DNA of 64,000 nt from a virus (Duplodnaviria > Caudoviricetes). Below are positions 58,801-64,000 of the stretch, piece after piece. The position numbers and the translations under genes are program-made. Every line of letters starts with the position of its first letter. Positions within the stretch are counted from its first letter, which is position 1. Where the stretch lies: the IMG/VR virus record IMGVR_UViG_3300027917_004314. The stretch is one strand, 5' to 3'. The notes beneath the pieces were generated by a model. It searched no databases. It was given only the letters and a program-made list of their open reading frames with translations, and was not told where the DNA came from.

Positions 58801-60829
58801 TACGTCGGGTGCAACTGTTAAGTATTTAGTGGGAAGTAGTATTACCGACCTTACCAACATGACTCTGGAAAACTGTGTTTTTGCTAACATAGCCGACGAA
58901 AACGGACTTATGGAAACAATTCGTGGAAAAACCATGTCGAATGTTAATATTGTAGGGTGCTCTTTTGAATATACCGAAAATTTTCAAGGCGGCTTTGCAA
59001 TTACATGTACAAGCACCGTAGATAATTTGTTTGTATCTAATTGTCTCTTTACTTGTACAGATATAGATGAGAGCATCGTTTTCATGTCTTTTAGTGGGAC
59101 AACAACCAGGATGACGGTACTAAACACTAAATTTGAGAGTTCGGCGCGCTTATCTACTTGGGCCATTGGTGCATTGTTCGGATCCATTGAACACTCATTA
59201 ATAGATAATTGTGTATTTGATATTACCTCTTATCCTGGTGCTATAGCGGATGGTTATTTTGGTATAGCAACTAGTGATATGACTAATACGACCATTTCAA
59301 ATTGTAGGTTTATCGATAGTGGTGCTGGTGATAAAAATATGTATGGTGTGCTCGGCCCAGGAGAAAATACAACAATTAGTGGCTGTTCTTTTGAGGATCA
59401 GCTAATAGGAGTGGTAGCTAGCAACGATGCGTACGGCATAATAATAAGTAATAATATCTTTGATGGAATTGGAACAGCAGCGATTAATGCCAATACACAC
59501 ATGGGCGGTATGATTATCGAAAAGAATTTTTTCAGGAAAACCGCGAAGAGAGAAGCAACAGATGTGTTTATTACCCTAAAAGATCCAGAACATGCGACAA
59601 TCAGGGACAATCTCTTTATAATGTCTGCATCAGATGGAAATTATGGCGAGATGATTCAAATTACTAATACAAGTAAGTCTACTGCTATTATAAACAACTA
59701 CTTGTTTAACACCGCCGCATCTGGACAGGGTTTTGAAGTTGGAATATATTTTGACGGTGATGCCGGAACACAAGGTGCTGACCACAAGTTGGACTGTATT
59801 CTGAACAACCACCTCTATAATTTTGGCGGCGGCAACGCTATTCCCATATCAATTACCAATGGTAATGAAACACTAATAAGTGGTAATAAAACCTTTGGTA
59901 CAACCACCGGTGGTATATATATGTTTGATTGTAAGTGGGCCACTATTGTTGATAATTCCCTTATGTGTAATATAGGTACAGCGCCAGTGTTAGAAATAGA
60001 TGGTAGCGGCGGCGGCGGCGTTGGTGAAGCATTCAATTTAATTAGCCAAAACACTTTTCATAATGCTCAGTCCGCCGGGCTGGATAATATTGTAGAAATA
60101 ACGGCAAATGGTGGAGAGAGGGTTATTTTCTCCAACAATATTGTAAGACAATATGTCTCCACTAGCTTCGCACTTGTTCTTATACAAACCAATTTTGTCG
60201 AATGCATAGGAAACTTCTTTTCATGTTATATTGCAAATAATACATATATGTTGAATGTTAGTGGTACATACGCTCTGGTTGCACTAAACAATCTAGCAGC
60301 TAACACGTTCCCATATTCTGGTGGTCGAATAAGTGTATCTGATGACACAAGTGTAGATTTTATGAATAAGGGTGGTACATACTACTCTGTAATACCTATG
60401 TCGCGAGCTTTCCCGGATACTGGTTCGTCTTGGGCAATTTATGCTGCTTCTAACCCACATAAGCTTGAACTAACAAATCCCAGTGGAACAAGTGAAGAAG
60501 CTTACATAGAATTCTCCAATTTGGATGTTCCAACGCATGCTAGGATAGTCCAATTAGACGTAAATGCACAAGTATCTGCAACAGACGATCTTGCAGTTAC
60601 ATGGTATAAAGATGATTGGGAGGGGGGTTCTAGTGCTGGCGATACTATCAGTCTTGCCACCAACCCAGATTCAACTGGTGCATATCTAACTTTTGATGTT
60701 GTGCCAAGTTCTGGTAATGATCCACAATATATGATGAATGACGAAGTACATCTAATAAAATTCCGTACAGACGATCCACTATCTGGGGCCGTATGGGTGG
60801 CGGGACTTAGAATTAAATACATATTGTAA
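55826..60829 (+). CDS. Large tailspike/baseplate-associated protein with parallel beta-helix
   Basis: GGAGG RBS; N-terminal YPDSID..NIEETLG anchor; long C-terminal Asn/Ile-rich beta-helix repeats (I.NC.F, I.NN.F); 6 DGY. Confidence 0.7.
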   Translation: MTDSQYPDSIDDDVVLPRVDDNITEIGGEAINGCRSAIFNIEETLGTNPQGTAADVATRLAESLNPDGSIKASALSSVGLVTLPIDNAQVGTNAGIEESKLDLDYSTATLRQLIASLDAFIMSINNRLIIDISNLTQHVAHPSAYGRHRTSDIDGYTGKYSSYNAQGMIDDLDTRLINHVTDTIDAHDASAISFVDTGLTISADDVQEALELLDELQATLMTKHRDDMHSNGILKEQEVYVDGYVHSTAILSDLPISAVSPGDTSITFTGGPIAALAQVSRGDKIEVTIGGQTFVKYVESVVTISDSVLFFGVAPFGGSGATASIYYASEEIIAPSALMMAIKKKASGTQEATVQIIHPSAPYLLSSGIDTGQLSPTVKNIQVKWPTGYAEIDAYGALNTYTSSADPSTWTTEVLALALNESFRPDGILASSVGLPLLAFTYRGELGLAYDEPDGYLIAEAPGSGNSAWAALGFTGVEEAYSLGPRRFYIDGYEFTGIRTILNGTGKVEGGSPELIEDINVDLTDLGIPNQGVVRVTGSSGDGTYIFNATTSSTIRIDEYPLFSVDPSVDVKIYADHFTTGVATKTLYELFLDAYENGLAELRGSARVEYSNTAGASPDWPEDWFDVVDVSRTFGASEKRIEYREGALTLGDRSGATGVTNTGPAVLLPTSNEEGFRFKLYDGNGVDYLEIEIAEGDYVGETNVNAIDVEVLSRASEERYVQVATVLYDTNDLKYLSDKRLFGSVGRRDVRDDYTRDYITYPTSLLRGNGIIYGLEVFDSSTDVGIKGGQVVVDGIIYAVESTVITCPKNYSFTTYNLFVDNTGKLRLLEDNQYIYGVISTPPIEEIVQSKDKTLLAQVVVDFNNNVDSISDYRRFVGDVDNNFELILENNDGYNVTHGTFSTFGSVINWINLHDSAGLPIPRLIRLRGNIDIDVSDGTTPISFPDGITFAGDATSWDDTTTMSTITLSGITSSGVIRPGDGFTMKNIKIDFTSGATVKYLVGSSITDLTNMTLENCVFANIADENGLMETIRGKTMSNVNIVGCSFEYTENFQGGFAITCTSTVDNLFVSNCLFTCTDIDESIVFMSFSGTTTRMTVLNTKFESSARLSTWAIGALFGSIEHSLIDNCVFDITSYPGAIADGYFGIATSDMTNTTISNCRFIDSGAGDKNMYGVLGPGENTTISGCSFEDQLIGVVASNDAYGIIISNNIFDGIGTAAINANTHMGGMIIEKNFFRKTAKREATDVFITLKDPEHATIRDNLFIMSASDGNYGEMIQITNTSKSTAIINNYLFNTAASGQGFEVGIYFDGDAGTQGADHKLDCILNNHLYNFGGGNAIPISITNGNETLISGNKTFGTTTGGIYMFDCKWATIVDNSLMCNIGTAPVLEIDGSGGGGVGEAFNLISQNTFHNAQSAGLDNIVEITANGGERVIFSNNIVRQYVSTSFALVLIQTNFVECIGNFFSCYIANNTYMLNVSGTYALVALNNLAANTFPYSGGRISVSDDTSVDFMNKGGTYYSVIPMSRAFPDTGSSWAIYAASNPHKLELTNPSGTSEEAYIEFSNLDVPTHARIVQLDVNAQVSATDDLAVTWYKDDWEGGSSAGDTISLATNPDSTGAYLTFDVVPSSGNDPQYMMNDEVHLIKFRTDDPLSGAVWVAGLRIKYIL

Positions 60830-60838
60830 GGAGAGAGA

Positions 60839-61288
60839 ATGACCAATAAGTCTGGTTTAGAATTAATAGAAGAGTTGGTGGAAAAGGTTTCGTTGCTCAA
60901 TAAACGGCTTGAAATCATCGAACAAAATACCAAGGAAATATTAAATAGGGCCAATGGGTTCCAAAACAAAACGGTAGTAGCGCAATTAAAACCGTCAACC
61001 AACACTGGCAAAAAACCAATCAGTGTTGTGGGTTCTAAAGTAATTGGAAAGATTAAAAATGAAGAGGGTAAGGCTATAAGCGGTGTACATATAACAATCA
61101 CGAATGAACATGGCCACGTAGTAAAAGAAACTAAAACAAATAGAGCCGGCGACTGGATGAGTTTTTTGCCACCTGGTAAATATGAAGCAAATTATTTTCT
61201 AGAAAACATGATAGACGCCAAAGTGGGTTTTATCGTTACGCAAGAGCAGAGGCTTATTAGGGTAGCCCAACCCAAAAAGGGAGGATAA
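60839..61288 (+). CDS. Coiled-coil + carboxypeptidase-regulatory-like domain protein
   Basis: GKIKNEEGKAISGVHITI..TNRAGDW..LPPGKY. Confidence 0.7.
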   Translation: MTNKSGLELIEELVEKVSLLNKRLEIIEQNTKEILNRANGFQNKTVVAQLKPSTNTGKKPISVVGSKVIGKIKNEEGKAISGVHITITNEHGHVVKETKTNRAGDWMSFLPPGKYEANYFLENMIDAKVGFIVTQEQRLIRVAQPKKGG

Positions 61289-61294
61289 CGCTTA

Positions 61295-62050
61295 ATGGTA
61301 ACGGATCACCGCGTTTACAGTGATTTATTCGACCTTGCAAATTTTGTCCGCCAGGTAGCGGTTTCGCAGGGAAAAAATTTACTTATTGACACTTTAAGGG
61401 AACACTTTAAAGCGGATAGATTCTACAGGTATACTACAGATGCGTTTGGTTTCCCGTTAACGCCAGACATGACAGATCTTCCTGCAGACATTCAAGAAGA
61501 CCGTACTACTAGGATATTTATTGGCGACGTATTCAGATACGATAAACGTTACTGGCCCGCTATAGTGGTTAGGTACGGATCTGGAAAATATAAGCCCGTG
61601 AGTTTCAACCAGAATCAAACTGTTAGATACAGAATGGATTTGGTCTTAGATGGATACGGTGGGCGTTCCTATGTTAATGTTCCAACACACCATGTAGTAG
61701 CTGGCGCATGGGAGCAAACATTTGAGATTTTAATAGCTTCTGAAGCCATACCGGATAGAGAAGAGCTTACTGATATCGTGTCTTCGTTCTTGATAGGTAA
61801 AGCGAGACAAGAGCTTTACGAAGCCGGTTTGTTTGTTAGAGGCGTCTCCATGAGTGGGGAACGTGAAGAAGAGTGGGGCAATGACAAAGTGTATTTGCAA
61901 AGTATCACCGTTGAAGCTTACTCTGAGTGGAGGCGAGAAATACCGATAGATAATCTGGTCGAAACTATAAATTTCTGTTTTAACTACGGTTTGTTTGGAT
62001 CAGGAGAATATTCGATAGATACTATTACAGTAGACGTTTCAGACACCTAG
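61295..62050 (+). CDS. Putative tail terminator/completion protein
   Basis: GGAGG RBS; located just before sheath; beta pattern WEQTFEILI..REELTD..ITVEAYSEW. Confidence 0.6.
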   Translation: MVTDHRVYSDLFDLANFVRQVAVSQGKNLLIDTLREHFKADRFYRYTTDAFGFPLTPDMTDLPADIQEDRTTRIFIGDVFRYDKRYWPAIVVRYGSGKYKPVSFNQNQTVRYRMDLVLDGYGGRSYVNVPTHHVVAGAWEQTFEILIASEAIPDREELTDIVSSFLIGKARQELYEAGLFVRGVSMSGEREEEWGNDKVYLQSITVEAYSEWRREIPIDNLVETINFCFNYGLFGSGEYSIDTITVDVSDT

Positions 62051-62544
62051 TTTCCTTTTTCCCATTTTCGAATGGCGCTACAATTTTTACATAACAACAC
62101 ATAGTGCTTTACTTTTTCTCTCAGTTTATGTAACGACATATTTCTTGCTTTGCTTAGCCTAAAAATGTCATTTTCTGAATAAAATTCATATACTGGTAGT
62201 GGATAAGGTATTTTACAATCGTTACATACCCCGCCCCTTTCCTGAATCATCCTTTCTAACTTCTCTTCATATTTAAGATTTTTTACCTCTTCTTGACATA
62301 TTATACAATAACTAAAAGGTTTCCCACTAGTCTTTCTAATATAAAATTGCTCCTTGTCTTTGATTTTTTGGCACCTTGCACAGTATGCTTCATTGCTGTT
62401 TAACTTAATAATATAGGACCTGGTATTCCGACTGCCAAGCGGCGAGCACTCTAGGCAAAACTTTCTGCCGGACAGGTTTATGATTTTATTATCTATTTTA
62501 ACACTGCTGGGGAAATTTTTGTTACAATTTTTACAAGTAAGCAT
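62047..62544 (-). CDS. Zinc-finger-rich HNH-like endonuclease, apparently degenerate
   Basis: Six CxxC pairs; GGVCNDC..YEF..LLCKNC scaffold but catalytic His residues replaced; GAGG RBS; only supported minus-strand gene. Confidence 0.65.
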   Translation of the reverse strand: MLTCKNCNKNFPSSVKIDNKIINLSGRKFCLECSPLGSRNTRSYIIKLNSNEAYCARCQKIKDKEQFYIRKTSGKPFSYCIICQEEVKNLKYEEKLERMIQERGGVCNDCKIPYPLPVYEFYSENDIFRLSKARNMSLHKLREKVKHYVLLCKNCSAIRKWEKGN

Positions 62545-62570
62545 ATCAACACCTCATTGAATATTATGTT

Positions 62571-62580
62571 TTATTGATAG
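62571..62580 (-). promoter_or_regulatory. Putative phage promoter motif CTATCAATAA (minus strand)
   Basis: TTATTGATAG on +; 26 nt upstream of the minus-strand gene start. Confidence 0.6.
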
Positions 62581-62624
62581 AACTCAAGTATGCTATTATA
62601 AGGAAAAGGCTAATAATTTCAAAT

Positions 62625-62634
62625 CTATCAATAA
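62625..62634 (+). promoter_or_regulatory. Putative phage promoter motif CTATCAATAA
   Basis: Upstream of the tail sheath gene. Confidence 0.6.
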
Positions 62635-62683
62635 AAAATCATTGATCTGAAAGAATATACATATATTCTGGAGGATACTATAA

Positions 62684-64000
62684 ATGCCAAATATACCAGG
62701 TATTTCGGGATACATACAGCCAACTGTCGTTTCTCGTGTTCGTACTTTGCAAAGAGCTTTGTCCATTCCTGGTGGACTTCGTGTACTTAGCATCGTTGGA
62801 GAGGGCAGGCAAGAAGAGCTAATTATAGATGCTGCCGTAGGGGATGGAACTGATGGCTTTGACCCAACTTTCACCACCACTCCTACTGAAGGATATGGAA
62901 GGTTTTTTAAAACTTCAAATACTAACTTAGTAGAGAATCGCACTACGTTGTTGCTTAATGGCTCAGAATTGCGCGTGCTGGAAGCAGAAAATGACGGGAC
63001 TTCTTTTTCATCGCAATATGACGCCAGATTGGACCCAGCTACCGGAGAGATCGAGCTTCAAAGCGCCTCTATTGTAGACCAAGGAGGGTTGCTTTACGCG
63101 GTGGGATCTGGTAACACTGGGGACGGATATCTATCTACGCCAGTACTAACTGATACCAATGCACCACCAGAAATATGGACCATACGGTGTGTTAGTGTGC
63201 TAAGAGATAGCTATGGTGCAGCAATCAGAGGGCAGGCAACTTTTACAGCGAAAGGTAGTGTGAGTGGCTCTCTTGCAGATGAATATGGCCAAACATATAC
63301 CTGGAGAAGTGATGGCACCACAACTGATAACGGTATATTGTCATTTGCTATTTTTAACTTGTCTCCAAATACTCCATTTGAAGTCGGCGACAGGTTTACG
63401 ATAGAAGTAGACAGCAAGGTTCTGCAATCAAGGGATAGCCTTGAGGCAAGGTATATTGCAACAGCAGATCTAAATGATCCGACGACATATACCGAACCAA
63501 GTCAGCTATTTACAAAATATGGCACTCCTAGTACAGAAAACACTCTGTCGTTGGGTGCGCAAATGGCTTTTGAGAACGGGGCTACATCGATCTTGGCAAT
63601 GCAAGCCAAGCCCCCAATGCCAAGAAGGACATCTGAAATTGTTCTGCCAGCTTATAACAGCGTAACCGGCCGGGGTGGCGCAACAGGTAACTCTGACCCA
63701 GATGACCTTATTTTCCCAATAGAAACTCCGGGCAAACCAGATACGGATACTGTTGTACATTTCTTTATTCTGGGTACAGATGGCACAGAAACGCAGATTT
63801 TCCCAAACAAAGTAAACTTTTATAATCCAGATATCACTGACGCCTTCTCTCAATATGAGGAAACTGGTGTGAGTACAAATCTGATGGCTGAATTTATGGA
63901 TCCTTCACAAAGTGGCACTCCATTCAGCTACACAGTGGTAACGGATGACAGGATTGAACAAAGTGCCAGCGATGGATATGTCGCCCCTATTGGTGTGGGA
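62684..64000 (+). CDS. Tail sheath protein (partial, runs off window; not in ORF track)
   Basis: GGAGG RBS; open frame to the edge; N-terminus MPNIPGISGYIQPTVVSRV typical of sheath proteins, with beta insertion domains; 2 DGY. Confidence 0.75.
   Translation, partial: MPNIPGISGYIQPTVVSRVRTLQRALSIPGGLRVLSIVGEGRQEELIIDAAVGDGTDGFDPTFTTTPTEGYGRFFKTSNTNLVENRTTLLLNGSELRVLEAENDGTSFSSQYDARLDPATGEIELQSASIVDQGGLLYAVGSGNTGDGYLSTPVLTDTNAPPEIWTIRCVSVLRDSYGAAIRGQATFTAKGSVSGSLADEYGQTYTWRSDGTTTDNGILSFAIFNLSPNTPFEVGDRFTIEVDSKVLQSRDSLEARYIATADLNDPTTYTEPSQLFTKYGTPSTENTLSLGAQMAFENGATSILAMQAKPPMPRRTSEIVLPAYNSVTGRGGATGNSDPDDLIFPIETPGKPDTDTVVHFFILGTDGTETQIFPNKVNFYNPDITDAFSQYEETGVSTNLMAEFMDPSQSGTPFSYTVVTDDRIEQSASDGYVAPIGVG

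Noticed and set aside
1-64000. tRNA/rRNA genes, integrase or transposase, Ku, and an archaeal or eukaryotic virus origin
   Set aside because: No cloverleaf or rRNA-like segments in the few intergenic gaps; no such protein motifs seen; SD sites, PG-binding/SLT domains and Csp point to a bacterial host.

Overview
A 64-kb slice of a large, contractile-tailed (myovirus-like) Caudoviricetes phage of a bacterial host. It uses the standard code and Shine-Dalgarno motifs, and encodes peptidoglycan-binding and transglycosylase domains. All supported genes but one are on the + strand. Morphogenesis order: terminase large subunit, portal, internal/cargo proteins, prohead protease-scaffold (1385 aa), two head-decoration paralogues, putative ejection proteins, major capsid protein, small accessory genes, fibre/appendage proteins, neck, beta-helix tailspike, tail terminator and the start of the tail sheath. 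The most notable signal is an apparent virion cargo-loading and processing system. (i) A ~28-aa helical-hairpin tag (LxxLAxxLDxxG...AxxxD) occurs in about nine internal proteins. (ii) A FxLSKRA / KxA motif sits at domain boundaries and is a candidate maturation-protease site. (iii) Two paralogous genes each carry an in-phase C_CCU_UUC slippery heptamer, a ~7-nt spacer, a predicted pseudoknot and a -1-frame UAG at the same offset, i.e. candidate programmed -1 frameshifts giving tag-only and tag+cargo forms. (iv) A 2718-aa polyprotein holds all three LigD NHEJ domains plus lysozyme-like, ASCH and PfpI domains. Independent finds: an ORF-less group I intron splitting a cold-shock protein gene (not in the ORF track), a DGY tripeptide counted 33 times in external structural proteins but not seen in internal ones, and a recurrent intergenic CTATYAATAA promoter-like motif. 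All assignments are by manual motif reading; no searches were run.
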